Position numbers and translations under genes: made by a program. Of a stretch of 47,721 nt of DNA, positions 8,875-20,000 are shown one piece after another. The notes under the pieces were generated by a model. That model saw nothing but the letters and a program-made list of their open reading frames with translations. It searched no databases and was not told the DNA's origin. The DNA lies in the IMG/VR virus record IMGVR_UViG_3300037524_001274, positions 1-47,721 of that record. One strand, given 5' to 3'. Position 1 is the first letter of the stretch, and each line of letters begins with the position of its first letter. Source of the DNA: a virus (lineage: Duplodnaviria; Caudoviricetes).

Positions 8875-11483
8875 GCACGTCGAACGTCTACGGGACCAGC
8901 GGTCGGCGCCGGGCCACCACCAACGAGCAGGTGGTGGTCCTCGCCGGCATCCAGGGCCCCGCTGGCGCGAGCTTCGGCTTCGAGTGGAAGGGCGAGTGGG
9001 ATCCGTCCGCGCAGTACAAGGTCGACGATGCCGTGCGGTACGGTGGGCTGCCCTACATCGCGACGGCCGACAGCCTGAACGACGCGCCGCCCGGCAGCTC
9101 CTGGGAGCTGATCGTCTCTCCGCCAACCGCCGAGAACGTGCCCTACGATCCGACCGACTCGAGCCTCGCGTCGACCGATGTCGACGCGGCCCTCGACGAG
9201 CTGGACGGGAAGATCGTGGACCACCTCGCGTCCGACGGAGGCGCCTCCGATCACCCGCTGTTCAAGCGGCGCCACGGGTTCTCGAGGGGGCCGGGCTCGG
9301 AACCGCTGGCCGTTCTCAGCTACGACGCCACGAATCGAACGGTCTTCATCACTCCGTCCGCGTCGACGTTCACCTTCTGGATCGACGGCACCCGGTTCGT
9401 GAAGACGCTGGGCGAGACCATCCAGCACCCCGCGACGACCGGCAAGCACTTCATCTACTACGACGACACCGGGACGCTTCGCACGTCGACGACGCAGTGG
9501 TCCATCGTGGACAGGACGGTCACTCCTGTCGCGCTCGTCTACTACAGCGTGGCGGACTCGAAGGGGATCCTCTTCAACGAGCTGCACGGCGACGAACGTA
9601 ACCTCGACCTGCACAAGAACCTCCACCTCACGCAGGGCACGAAGCTGATCAGCGGAGGGAACATCTCGGGCTACACCCTGAACACCGACACAGACGCAGC
9701 CGTCAGGTTCGGAATCGCTGCTGGCGCTGTGGCCGACGAGGATCTCGTCACGAACCTTTCCTCGCAGGCGGATCCTCCGGCTGGCGGCTACACGATCCTG
9801 TACAGGTCCGGTGCCAGCGGGGAATGGAGGATCTCGGAGGGTAACGGGTACCCGTTCGGGTTCGGCGGAACGTACCCGCAGTACAACAACCCGGCTGGCC
9901 CCTGGACTCTCGTCGAGCTGAATGGCGGTGGGCTGGGGAAGTGGGTGAACTACTACCTCGTCGCGGTCCCGGCCGTCGATGCGAAGTACCAGTACATCCT
10001 GATCCCGGGGCAGGCGGTGTACGGTTCGCTCGCGGCGGCGAGCGGGGAGACGCTGGCCAGCCTGTCCCTTGGGGATCTGCCATTCGAGGAGGTGGCGCCG
10101 ATCTACAAGATCACCTACCACGCGCTCCAGACCTACGGGAACACGGCGAACGTGGAGATCGTGGCGGTGACCGCAATCCTCACGGGCGGGGCGCAGGTCA
10201 TCAACTCGACCAGCTCTCCGGCGGTCCACAACTCTCTGAGCGGGCGCTCGGCGACCGACGCTCATCCGGCGTCTGCGATCACGAACACGCCGGCCGGGAA
10301 CATCTCGGCCACCGACGTGCAGGCCGCGCTGAACGAGCTGGACACCGAGAAGTCTGCGGTGGGCCACGGGCACGCCGCGACCGAGATCACGAACACGCCA
10401 GCCGGGTCGATCTCCGCGGCGACGGTGCAGGCCGCGCTGAACGAGCTGGACACCGAGAAGCTGGCGCTCGCCGGCGGCACGATGACTGGGCAGCTCATCG
10501 TTCCGGATGGAACCGCGGCGGCGCCTGGGATCAGGCTGACCTCGGAGGCGAACGGCTTCTTCAGGGGCGCATCCGGGACGAGCATCGGCGTGGCCATCGG
10601 TGGAGTTGCGGCCGCGCGTCTCGGGAACACGCTGACGTTCGAGACGGTGTCCGGGGCACTCGTGCTGTACGACACGACGCTGGGAAGGACTGCGAATGGC
10701 AGCCTGTACTTCGGGGCGACCGTGGAGTCGATGATCTCTGCTCGCCGCTCGTACACCGACGCCAACAACTACGAGACGTTCAGGTTCGGATGGTCTGGCG
10801 GGATCGGCTACATGGGCGGGTACAACGTCTCTGCCGGCGCCGTTGCGAACGGGTCGCGAGTGATCCTTCATGGCGCCGGCAATACCCAGGGCCTCGAGCT
10901 TCGACCGAGGGCAGACCTGACGACCGGGTCGTGGTCGTTCAAGACGGCGGGGCTGTTCCCGCTCATCGATGCCGAGTCTGTGATTGGCGACACGTCTCTC
11001 CGCCCGAAGCAGATCGTCGTCGGTGGTGCGAACGCAACCACTCCGATCCTGATCAAGCTGGGTGCGACTCCGACCGCCGCTGCGATCAACGTCACGAACT
11101 CGTCCGACGCATCGCTCCTGAAGATCGACACGGTCGGTCGTCCAACCGGTACCGGGATGTCCGGGATCATCAGGGCCGGGTGCAACATCCCGAGCCCCGC
11201 CGCGTCGAAGAACTGGAACGTCTACGTGGCTCCGTTCGCGATGACCGTCTCCGCGATCAAGGTGATTCGCACCGGCGGAACCAGCATCGCGGTCAACGTC
11301 GGGAAGAACGGGACGAGCACGAAGCTGCTCTCCTCCGACGCGAGCCCGGGCACCACCTGGGGCACGGCGAGTGGTCTTCAGAATGCGACCCTTGCGGCGG
11401 GCGACTACCTGCTCGTGATGATCGGTGCCGTGAGCGGAACTGTCGATGAGGTGGCCGTGCAGATCGAGGGATACCCGTCGTAA
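8871..11483 (+). CDS. long tail fibre / receptor-binding protein
   Basis: WKGEWD...YKVDDAVRYGG CBM5/12-like motif, VQAALNELDTEK fibre repeats, KLALAGGTMTG motif. Confidence 0.8.
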   Translation: MSTSNVYGTSGRRRATTNEQVVVLAGIQGPAGASFGFEWKGEWDPSAQYKVDDAVRYGGLPYIATADSLNDAPPGSSWELIVSPPTAENVPYDPTDSSLASTDVDAALDELDGKIVDHLASDGGASDHPLFKRRHGFSRGPGSEPLAVLSYDATNRTVFITPSASTFTFWIDGTRFVKTLGETIQHPATTGKHFIYYDDTGTLRTSTTQWSIVDRTVTPVALVYYSVADSKGILFNELHGDERNLDLHKNLHLTQGTKLISGGNISGYTLNTDTDAAVRFGIAAGAVADEDLVTNLSSQADPPAGGYTILYRSGASGEWRISEGNGYPFGFGGTYPQYNNPAGPWTLVELNGGGLGKWVNYYLVAVPAVDAKYQYILIPGQAVYGSLAAASGETLASLSLGDLPFEEVAPIYKITYHALQTYGNTANVEIVAVTAILTGGAQVINSTSSPAVHNSLSGRSATDAHPASAITNTPAGNISATDVQAALNELDTEKSAVGHGHAATEITNTPAGSISAATVQAALNELDTEKLALAGGTMTGQLIVPDGTAAAPGIRLTSEANGFFRGASGTSIGVAIGGVAAARLGNTLTFETVSGALVLYDTTLGRTANGSLYFGATVESMISARRSYTDANNYETFRFGWSGGIGYMGGYNVSAGAVANGSRVILHGAGNTQGLELRPRADLTTGSWSFKTAGLFPLIDAESVIGDTSLRPKQIVVGGANATTPILIKLGATPTAAAINVTNSSDASLLKIDTVGRPTGTGMSGIIRAGCNIPSPAASKNWNVYVAPFAMTVSAIKVIRTGGTSIAVNVGKNGTSTKLLSSDASPGTTWGTASGLQNATLAAGDYLLVMIGAVSGTVDEVAVQIEGYPS
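10277..10460 (+). repeat. internal duplication (108-nt period) in tail fibre
   Basis: 36 identical nt at 10317-10352 and 10425-10460; peptide ITNTPAG.IS...VQAALNELDTEK twice. Confidence 0.9.
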
Positions 11484-12310
11484 TGGCCACGAACACCACC
11501 ATCTACTGCGGCTCTCCCGGGAACACCGCGGACGGGACGTGGTATCGTTCTGGGGCGTTGAACTGGTACGACTGCCTTGCGGCGGCTTCGGACTCGCAGT
11601 CGGCTCGGATAAACAACTACACCGGATCCGGGGACGATGGTCGGAACTTCGCGAGCTGGGGCATCAGCGGGATCCCGCTCTACGTGGTGATCAACAGCCT
11701 CACCTACGGCGTGCAGGCCGCGCGATCCGGAACCGGCGCCGGCACGATGAAGTTCGGATGGCACCTCGGTGGGACGGTCTCGTGGTCGTCGAACTTCACG
11801 CCAGTCTCTGTCGGCACGCCGTGGACGGGCTCGATGGCGAGACCCGGAGGTGGAAGCTGGACCAGATCCGATCTCTCGAGCCTGAATGCTCGGATCTACG
11901 GGAACGGTGATGCGACCCAGAGCCGCGAGCTGATCGTCGACCAGATCTACGTGGTGGTGAACTGGGACTACATCACGCTCCTGAGTCTCGTGGCCAATGC
12001 CGCGACCAGCGTGACCCAGACGGCCGCGACGATCAGCGGGTCTTACAACGCGAACGGAGACGGTGACACCGAGTGGCGGATGGTGTACGGCACGAGCAGC
12101 GGAGCCTACGATAGCCCCTCTTGGACCTCCGCATCCGGGAGCACCGGGTCGATCACGGCTCCGTCGCGCTCGCTCTCGAGCCTGACCGCGAACACGACCT
12201 ACTACTATCGGCTCGAGGCGAGGAACCAGGGCGACATCTCCTACGTCTCGACCGAGCAGACCTTCACGACTCAGGCCGCAACGGCCGGCGGCCTGATCCT
12301 GTTCTTCTAG
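11483..12310 (+). CDS. fibronectin type III domain-containing virion protein
   Basis: LSSLTANTTYYYRLEARN FN3 signature. Confidence 0.7.
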   Translation: MATNTTIYCGSPGNTADGTWYRSGALNWYDCLAAASDSQSARINNYTGSGDDGRNFASWGISGIPLYVVINSLTYGVQAARSGTGAGTMKFGWHLGGTVSWSSNFTPVSVGTPWTGSMARPGGGSWTRSDLSSLNARIYGNGDATQSRELIVDQIYVVVNWDYITLLSLVANAATSVTQTAATISGSYNANGDGDTEWRMVYGTSSGAYDSPSWTSASGSTGSITAPSRSLSSLTANTTYYYRLEARNQGDISYVSTEQTFTTQAATAGGLILFF

Positions 12311-12318
12311 GAGGAACG

Positions 12319-12978
12319 ATGCGACTGGCAGACATGAGGTCCTGGGTGCGGCGCCGCCTCCACGACGACGGCGAACAGAAGCGGTTCACCAACGGCGAGA
12401 TCGACACCGCACTCAACGTCGGGGCGCAGCAGGTCCAGGCGGCCATCGAAGCTGTCAACCCGGACGCCTTCGAGCGTGAGTACCGCACGAACGTGCTCGC
12501 GTCGGAGCCCGCGTACCAGCTCCCGCGCGGCTTCCTCCGCTCGAAGAGCCTGCTCCTCGACCTGACCGGAGACGGGGCGACCGAGGCGTGGCATCGCCCC
12601 ATCTCGTGGTTCCGCACCCCGAAGGGCACGAACTACATGGACCAGCAGGGCGGGTACCACTACGGGTACGCGGGCGGAGTGCTCCGCGTCTTCCCGGTTC
12701 CGGACTCGGACGTGGAGGACGGCATCCAGCTCTGGTACGTGCCGAGCCTGGAGATGTCCGAGGACGACGACGACCTCGAGGCCCTCGGGCTCGTGGCGCC
12801 GCTTCACGTGGCCGTCGTTCTCTGGGGCGTGAAGCTGCTGCTGCCCGAGGACGGGGAGAGCCAGGGCGACATCGACGCCGAGATCGGGAAGATCATGGCC
12901 CGAGTTCCGGACATCTACGGCGGGTCGTTCCAGGCGCCCGAGTACCTCGAGGTCGAGGGGATCCCGGAGAAGTACTGA
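12319..12978 (+). CDS. head-tail adaptor (podovirus tail tubular A-like)
   Basis: GGAGG SD; MRLADMR..VRRRL.D....FT..EI...LN and LRVFPVPD motifs. Confidence 0.75.
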   Translation: MRLADMRSWVRRRLHDDGEQKRFTNGEIDTALNVGAQQVQAAIEAVNPDAFEREYRTNVLASEPAYQLPRGFLRSKSLLLDLTGDGATEAWHRPISWFRTPKGTNYMDQQGGYHYGYAGGVLRVFPVPDSDVEDGIQLWYVPSLEMSEDDDDLEALGLVAPLHVAVVLWGVKLLLPEDGESQGDIDAEIGKIMARVPDIYGGSFQAPEYLEVEGIPEKY

Positions 12979-14807
12979 TGAAGCTCAAGACCGTCACGCT
13001 GCGCGAGCTGGACGGGGGGCAGTACGATGCCCTCGAGCCGGCCGCCATCCCGGAGGGAGGGTGGGAGAAGCTGGTGAACTTCCTCACCTACAACCGCCGC
13101 ATCAACGTGCGCCGCGGGGCCGCCAAGGTGTCGAAGACGAGCATCCCCGATGGCGCGCACCTCACCGCCGTGTGCGCCGCGCCCTCGATCTTCGACGGCT
13201 CGCCGTCGGACTACACCGACGACTGGGCAATGGTGGGCGGTGGCAAGACCGGCTTCTACCTGATGTCCGCTCTCGGCAAGTGGATCCGCACCATCGCGAA
13301 CGACGTGGGCGGGTCGATCACCTCGGACGAGATGCCGTGGAAGATGGAGATGCTCTCTGGGCTGGTCTACGCCGTGCGTCGGAATGGCGGCGTGATGAAG
13401 TCCATCGGCGCGAACTCCTGGCGGGAGGCCGGCCGGACGAAGCCAGTCTCCGGCCCGTCGCTCTCGGTCGTCGCAGGCGGTTCGCTCCAGGCGTCGAAGG
13501 CCTACACTCTGTCCTACTCCTACTACGACTCGACGCTCGGGTACTACGGGCCGGAGAGCGCAACGGCCTCGATCTCGACCGACGCCTCGAACAAGACGAT
13601 CCGCATCGCGTCCTTCGTGGCTCCGCCCAGTGGGATCCGAGCGGACAAGGTGACCGTGTGGTGTACGCTCGGAGGTGGCGTCAGGAAGTACAAGGTCGCC
13701 GACGTGGACCCGAGCACCACGAACTACGACATCACGGTCGAGCCCTCCGGCGAGGAGTACTCGACGCGCCACGAGCCGCCTCCCTCGGACGCGACGTGGT
13801 GGACGACGTGGTCGCAGAGGAGCTGGTGGGTGCGCGGGTCGAACCTCGCGTACTCCCTCACCGGGTTCTACGAGAGCTACTCCCCGATTCAGGAGCTGGA
13901 GTTCGACAAGGCCGACGGCGAGGACATCACGGTGGCCTTCCCCTGGGGGAACAACCTCGTGGTGGGGAAGAAGACCAAGCTGTGGTACCTCGAGGGCTAC
14001 GACCGCCAGAGCTGGGAGGTGAAGGAGTGGTCGAAGGCCATCGGGTGCACGGCGCCCTTCTCCATGCAGGAGGGCGAGGGGATGCTGATCTGGCGCGGGA
14101 AGGACGGCTTCTACACCGCCGGGCTCGGAAGCGCGCCGATCAACGTGACCTCCGAGTCGATCTCCGAGTACCTCAAGGGGGCCGACCCCTCTCGCGCGGA
14201 GCTGTCGGTCGCGACGATCATCCCGGAGCTGGGCATCTACGTGTGCCTCGTGCCCATGCTCGCAGACTCGACCGCCGTCGTCGGGCAGCGCGGGTGGGGC
14301 GCCGTCGCCTTCAACTGGAGGAAGCGTGCGTGGAGCGTGCTCGACTTCCCGGTCCACTGCCACACGTTCGCGGCCGGGGCCGTCGACCCCAACGGAGTGC
14401 GCCGCACCTACTCGGTGCCGCAGGCCGGTGACGCCGTGTACGGCCTGCTCGAGGGCGGCACCGACGACGGATCTCCGATCTCCGCGGAGGCCATCAGCGG
14501 GTACCCGGCCGGGCTGGTTGAGTCCGCGGAGCTGCTCGGCGTCAAGCAGGTGAAGCTGCTCGCCGCCGCCACCCGGGCGCCGATCATCGTCTCGGTCTAC
14601 CGCGACGGCGCGGACACCGCCGCATCGCAGGTGGCCACGAACCTCGAGGCCGATGCCGGGTGGAACACGGTGTCCGTCTCGACCCTCAGGAACCTCGCCT
14701 CGCAGGTGCAGGTGGGGATCCACTACACGGGGAGTCAGGAAGGCTGGTGGCTGTCCCAGCTCGCCCTGGTCCTCGGGCTCACCCGGGCGGAGAGGGGGGC
14801 GAAGTGA
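12978..14807 (+). CDS. tail nozzle / stabilisation protein (tail tubular B / P22 gp10-like)
   Basis: 609 aa beta-propeller-like, IGCTAPFS motif, position after adaptor. Confidence 0.7.
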   Translation: MKLKTVTLRELDGGQYDALEPAAIPEGGWEKLVNFLTYNRRINVRRGAAKVSKTSIPDGAHLTAVCAAPSIFDGSPSDYTDDWAMVGGGKTGFYLMSALGKWIRTIANDVGGSITSDEMPWKMEMLSGLVYAVRRNGGVMKSIGANSWREAGRTKPVSGPSLSVVAGGSLQASKAYTLSYSYYDSTLGYYGPESATASISTDASNKTIRIASFVAPPSGIRADKVTVWCTLGGGVRKYKVADVDPSTTNYDITVEPSGEEYSTRHEPPPSDATWWTTWSQRSWWVRGSNLAYSLTGFYESYSPIQELEFDKADGEDITVAFPWGNNLVVGKKTKLWYLEGYDRQSWEVKEWSKAIGCTAPFSMQEGEGMLIWRGKDGFYTAGLGSAPINVTSESISEYLKGADPSRAELSVATIIPELGIYVCLVPMLADSTAVVGQRGWGAVAFNWRKRAWSVLDFPVHCHTFAAGAVDPNGVRRTYSVPQAGDAVYGLLEGGTDDGSPISAEAISGYPAGLVESAELLGVKQVKLLAAATRAPIIVSVYRDGADTAASQVATNLEADAGWNTVSVSTLRNLASQVQVGIHYTGSQEGWWLSQLALVLGLTRAERGAK

Positions 14808-15097
14808 GCACGATGATCCCTCTCGCCGTGCCGGTCCCTGGCGAGGGGCTAGCGACCGTGAAGGCTCCGTCCTTCCAGGCGCAGGCCCCGACCCGTGTCG
14901 ACTTCCTGGCGGCCGACACGGACGTGATCGTGGCCCACCCGCTGGGGCGCCCACCGCTCGGCGTCCTCGTGGTTGGTCTGGCTCCGACGGCAAGTTCGGG
15001 GCACACGGTGGTGTACTTTGATCCCAGGACGGCAACGGAGCGGGACGTGACTCTCAGGGCCTCGGCGACTGGAATCGCCTGGGTCCTCTTCCTCTGA
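14804..15097 (+). CDS. hypothetical tail protein
   Basis: GTGA overlap; VAHPLGRPPLG motif typical of fibre tip domains. Confidence 0.6.
   Translation: MSTMIPLAVPVPGEGLATVKAPSFQAQAPTRVDFLAADTDVIVAHPLGRPPLGVLVVGLAPTASSGHTVVYFDPRTATERDVTLRASATGIAWVLFL
15000..15019 (+). promoter_or_regulatory. phage promoter-like motif GGCACACGGTGGTGTACTTT
   Basis: Identical 20-mer to 25287-25306; upstream of the ejection-protein block. Confidence 0.6.
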
Positions 15098-15110
15098 AGG
15101 AGGTTTCCAG

Positions 15111-15599
15111 ATGATGCCAGCTCTCCAGCAGGTCGCCACCGCCGTGGGTCGCCCCCCGGTGGCCACCGGTGTCTCGGCGCCCAGCGCCGCCCCCGCCCCG
15201 CGCCTCGCCGCCCCCGCGGTGAACACCGGCCCCGTCGGCCGCCCGCCCTCCCCGGCCGGCGCCGCCGGCGGCGGGTTCATGGGCAAGATGATGGGCGCCG
15301 CGCGGAGCTTCAGGCAGAAGCTCGGAGGCGGGGCCCCGGCGATGAAGGACCCCTCGCGCGCCACGCCTCAGGGCGCTGCCGGCGCGATGGGCGGGTGGAA
15401 CGCCGACCCGGGCCTCGTCCAGAACGCCGTGAAGATGCTGAAGGCCGGCGCCGAGCTGGGCCCGCAGCACCGCGCCCCACTGGCCCAGATCCTCCAGGGC
15501 ACCGACAAGCCGCAGCCCGGTCCGTTCCAGAAGCCGGCCGGGGCCGGCGCGGGGCAGCGCACCTTCGCCAGCCGCTTCCGCGGTCCGGAGGTGGCGTGA
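15111..15599 (+). CDS. Pro/Ala/Gly-rich putative ejection protein
   Basis: AAGGAGG SD, position between tail and giant protein. Confidence 0.6.
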   Translation: MMPALQQVATAVGRPPVATGVSAPSAAPAPRLAAPAVNTGPVGRPPSPAGAAGGGFMGKMMGAARSFRQKLGGGAPAMKDPSRATPQGAAGAMGGWNADPGLVQNAVKMLKAGAELGPQHRAPLAQILQGTDKPQPGPFQKPAGAGAGQRTFASRFRGPEVA

Positions 15600-16567
15600 T
15601 GTCCTTCGCCCCGATGCCCAACCAGAACCCCTTCCCGGCCCCCGTGAAGGTGCCCGCCCGGCCCACCGGTGTGGTGGCACCCGGCGCCGGCCGGCGCCAG
15701 ACTGGCGTGGCGGTCCCGATGAAGCCGGCCGCCCCGGCCCCCTCGACCGCGCCGCCGATGCAGACGACCCAGGTCGACCCGGCGCCCACCGGCCCCGTGG
15801 CCGGCGGGCCGGCGCCGAGCCCCACCGGTCCGGCGACGACGCCGGCCCCCAACGCGCCCGCCCCCGGGGCGCCGACTCAGGGCGTCCCGCCCGCGGGCTC
15901 GACCGTCCCCGGCGGCGGAGCGGCGCCCGGGACCCAGGCGCCGGCGGCTCCCATCGGGACGCCGGGCACCGCCGCGAGCCAGCCGCTCGAGGACAGCCCC
16001 TGGGCCTACGAGAAGCTCTGGGGGGCCCTCGGGTCCCTCGGCGACTCGGAGCTGGATGCGATGGTCAAGGCCCAGACGATGGGCATGATGAAGGACAACC
16101 CCTACGGCGCGGCCGCGCTCGAGGGCGCCAAGGCCGCGGAGTTCGAGCGCGGCATGGCCGGCCTCGGCGGCCAGAAGGAGGCGATGGCCGCCGACCTCGC
16201 GCGCCGCGGGATCTCCGGCCCCGCGGCCGCTGCGATGATGGCGGAGATGGAGGCTGGCACCCGCGCCGGCATCGCCGACCGCCAGTCGCAGGCCGAGTCG
16301 GACATGAGGGACAAGGGCGCGGCGTGGCAGCAGCAGGCGGTGCAGACGGCCCAGGCTCTGTCGTCTGAGCTGGCGAACCGCGGCGTGAACATCGAGACCC
16401 TGAGGATGAACCGTGAGCAGCTCGCCCGGCAGATCCAGCAGGCCCAGCGCGCCGGCGCTGGTGGCGACGACACCATCGAGATCGTGAACCCGGACGGCTC
16501 GGTCTCTCAGGTCCCGCTCAACATTCTGGGCATGGTCCTCGACATGGAGGAAGGAGGGATGTTCTGA
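15599..16567 (+). CDS. putative internal virion (DNA ejection) protein
   Basis: TGATG coupling; Pro-rich N-half, helical C-half with LARRGISG motif. Confidence 0.7.
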   Translation: MSFAPMPNQNPFPAPVKVPARPTGVVAPGAGRRQTGVAVPMKPAAPAPSTAPPMQTTQVDPAPTGPVAGGPAPSPTGPATTPAPNAPAPGAPTQGVPPAGSTVPGGGAAPGTQAPAAPIGTPGTAASQPLEDSPWAYEKLWGALGSLGDSELDAMVKAQTMGMMKDNPYGAAALEGAKAAEFERGMAGLGGQKEAMAADLARRGISGPAAAAMMAEMEAGTRAGIADRQSQAESDMRDKGAAWQQQAVQTAQALSSELANRGVNIETLRMNREQLARQIQQAQRAGAGGDDTIEIVNPDGSVSQVPLNILGMVLDMEEGGMF

Positions 16568-17019
16568 TGGCTTTCCCGCTGCTGGCGATGGGGGCGATGG
16601 CCGCCGCCAAGGGGCTCGGCTCGTTCCTGAAGGGACGCGGAGAGGACAAGAAGGCGAAGGCTCAGGCCGAGGCGCAGAACGCCGCGAACGCCTGGAAGCA
16701 CAAGTTCGACACGTCCAACTGGGACGTGGAGAAGAAGCAGTACTACGGGAGCCGCGACAAGACGCGCTCGCTGCGCGCGAACCTGTTCGCCGGGCTGATG
16801 AACAACCCGAAGTACGGGCTCGACAAGATCTTCCCCGGCCTCGCCCAGTACAAGACCCAGGCCGACACCACGGCCAACCCCTACGCCACCGCAGGCGCGC
16901 CTCCGAAGGTGGCGGCCGCGACGGCCGGCGGGTGGGCCAACCTCGGCGCTGGTCTGGCCGAGGGCGCGAGTCAGCTCGCCTCGAACTACAACTCCTACAA
17001 GGCCGCGGGCGGGGAGTAA
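16567..17019 (+). CDS. putative ejection / pilot protein
   Basis: Gly/Ala hydrophobic N-terminus followed by KKAKAQAEAQ, typical of pilot proteins. Confidence 0.65.
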   Translation: MAFPLLAMGAMAAAKGLGSFLKGRGEDKKAKAQAEAQNAANAWKHKFDTSNWDVEKKQYYGSRDKTRSLRANLFAGLMNNPKYGLDKIFPGLAQYKTQADTTANPYATAGAPPKVAAATAGGWANLGAGLAEGASQLASNYNSYKAAGGE

Positions 17020-17022
17020 CCC

Positions 17023-20000
17023 TTGGCCAACTTCGGGCGCCGCACTGTCGGGGCCCCTGGGGGGAGTAGCTCCCTCGGCGGCTACGGCTTCGAGGTCTTC
17101 GGGGACGCTGGCGTCGGGGCCTGGGATCGGTTCTCCCAGGCCGCGAGTCAGGCTGCCGACTCCTACGCCGCGCGCATGGCCGTCGAGGCCCGGCGCAAGC
17201 GAGCGGAGGAGGAGGCGCAGCGAGAGGCTGCCGCCAAGCAGGAGCAGGCGCAGCGGGACGCGGCCGAGGCCGAGCGCACGGCCGCGGTGAACGAGCAGCT
17301 CGAGCGCACCCGACAGGAGATGAACAAGCCCGGGTACGTGTCGCCCGAGGGAGAGGTGAAGCCTGTCCAGGGCGTGACGCCGTCTCAGCTCGCGGCGCAG
17401 ACGGATCCGAAGTTCCGCACGCAGCTCGCGGAGCAGCGCACGAAGATGGTGGACGACGAGATCAAGCGCGAGGAGAAGCTGCGCGCGGCGGAGCTGAAGG
17501 ACAAGGCCGCCGCGCAGGACCGCGACGAGAAGCTGACCAACAAGGCGCTGAATGAGGTCGAGAGGTTCGAGCGCGCGGTCGACGCGCGTGACGCTCGTGT
17601 CGCCCGGCTCGAGCAGCTCATGTACGCGCAGCAGCAGCGTGCGCTTATCGCCGAGGAGAAGCAGGAGGTGGCCCAGCTCAGGCGGGCCATCGCGATGGAC
17701 GACAAGGTGGAGGACGCTCGCGCCCTCCTCGAGGACGACGCCCGCCTCTACGGCCGGGCCCGCGAGGCCGCCTCGCTCGTCGCGAAGGAGGCCGGCCAGA
17801 AGCTCTCGAAGTCGGAGCTGGAGGAGGCCACGCGCGCGAAGATGCGCGAGATGCGCGAGGCGTCCGGCTGGTACCAGCAGCAGGAGGACGGCACGCTGGT
17901 GTTCGACTCGCAGACCTCCAGGGCTCGGCTCGATCTGGAGTCCCGCGAGCCGATCACCGTCGAGTCGTACCACGCGACGGTCACGCCCGAGGAGTTGGCC
18001 CGGGCGAAGCAGATCCGCTACACGATGCCCCGGTCCATGCGCGACTGGAAGGCCGGGGCCTGGAAGGCGGCTGGTCTCGACGAGGCCACCGCCATCCGGA
18101 TGGCCGCACTCGGCTCTCAGCAGGCCGGGCGCGATGCAGTCACCGAAGCCGCCTCCTCCGCCTCTGGTCGGAAGGAGCCGGTCGCTGCGAGCACCGCGAG
18201 CGCGGGGATCGGGATGGGCAACTCCCGGCCGGCGCCGCCGCCTCCGCAGCGCAAGCCTGCGCCGAAGCCGCCCGCTCCGCAGCTTGCTGGTCCAAAGCCG
18301 GCCCCCGGGGGTCCCGCCTCTGGCGCGCGACCTGCGCCACCCCCCTCTTCTCCCGCCCCCGGGGGCCCGGCCACTTCCATCGCCGGCGGGCAGTTCGGCC
18401 TGCCGCAGGTGAAGGTGGTCGTCCCCGAGTCGATGCGGAAGCGGGACACGAAGGAGCAGGTCCTGTCCGGGAAGATGGTCGGCGAGAAGGCGGCGGCCGG
18501 GCAGCGCAAGTTCGAGAACGTCAGCAAGGCGATCACCGGCCTGGAGGGCGTGTCGGAGAAGGAGGGCAAGGAGCTGGCCATCGAGCTGGCCCAGAAGGTG
18601 CCCGGCGTCTTCACCGGTCAGGTCAGCCTGAAGGACGGGCTCGAGCAGCTCCGGGAGATCAAGCGGTACGAGACCGAGGCCCAGATGGGCGCGCTTCAGG
18701 AGCAGCTCGGCGAGGGGGCGTCCGTCGAACAGGCCGTCGCCGCAAGCCTCGACCCGAAGCTCGAGGCCCAGGCCCGGGGCACGATGGTGTCCGACGCCGA
18801 GCGTGCGGCCGAGGTCACCCCGGAGAAGCTGGCCGAGCAGCAGTTCGGTCAGGCCGTGCAGCTCCTCGACCGTCCCCGCCTGGAGCTTCAGACCAGGGTG
18901 GCTCAGGCCATCGGCGCTGATCTTCAGCCGGACCCCAACTCCCCGACCGGGCTCGAGGACCCGGCCTCGGCCGCCGGCCGCGGTCTGTCCTCGCTCCTCG
19001 TGGAGCATGGCTTCGACGAGAAGGGTGCCGACACCGCGGGGCAGGTCTTCGGTGAGATCCTCTCCGAGGCCCTCGACCCGCTCGAGATCCTCGGCGCTGT
19101 GAGCGGGCTCGGTGTCGTCGGGAAGGTGGCGAAGGGCGCAGAGCGTGCGATGGGGCTCGTCGGAGGAGTCTCCGCAGCGATGGGCGCCAAGGATGCTGTC
19201 GATCAGCTCAAGGCCCTGCACGACTCCGGCGAGTTCCTCGACGAGGAGGGGCGGCTGTCGGCGAAGGGCGCTGCCGCCTTGACTCAGCTCGGCATCTCCG
19301 CCGGGTTCGGGGCGGCGTCCGCGAAGGGAATCCTCGGCGAGGCCGGTGGGGCGCCGACGCCCAAGATCTCCCCCGACGGGAGCGGTTACCGGGTCACGCC
19401 CGAGATGGTCGAGGCGATGATCTCTGAGCAGACCTCGTCTCGTGACCTCGTCGCGGCCATCGACCGTGAGGCGCGAGCGAAGACGATCACCGAGAAGGCG
19501 CAGGCCGCCGGAGAGGCCGTCCCGACCGAGGAGCAGGTGAACGCGATCCTCGACAGGGAGGACGCCGCCTCGCTCAGTGCCGAGCCGGACTCCTTCGTGA
19601 AGGCCGCGGTTGGCGAGAAGGTGGCGACTCCCGAGGGCATGGACGCCGTGCTCCCGGGGCAGACCTGGGTGAAGGTCGACGAGTCCACCTACGGGACGAC
19701 GTTCGAGACTCCCTCCGGCCCACGGCAGCTCAACGTGCGGGTGAACGAGGGGGCCATCGTGATGTCGGCGGCCGACCTCAAGGAGACCCGTGGCGTCGAG
19801 GCCCTGGCGGCCGACGAGGAGGTCCAGGGCCGGTACGTGCCGGGCGACATCAGCCTCGGCCGGGCCGACCTGATCCAGACCCTGTCCGGGACGGGGGCGA
19901 ACACTAAGGCCCACGAGGTCCTCCACTTCCTCAAGGCGAACGGGCTCATCGGGACCAAGCAGTGGGCGACGATCTCTGCCCGGTACGCCCCGAAGGCCAA

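Noticed and set aside
10277-10460. Diversity-generating retroelement TR/VR pair
   Set aside because: In-frame tandem duplication, differences are not adenine-specific, and there is no reverse transcriptase
15000-15019. Canonical sigma54 promoter
   Set aside because: A GGCAC -24-like box is present but there is no GC at -12 with GG-N10-GC spacing; kept only as a phage-specific motif
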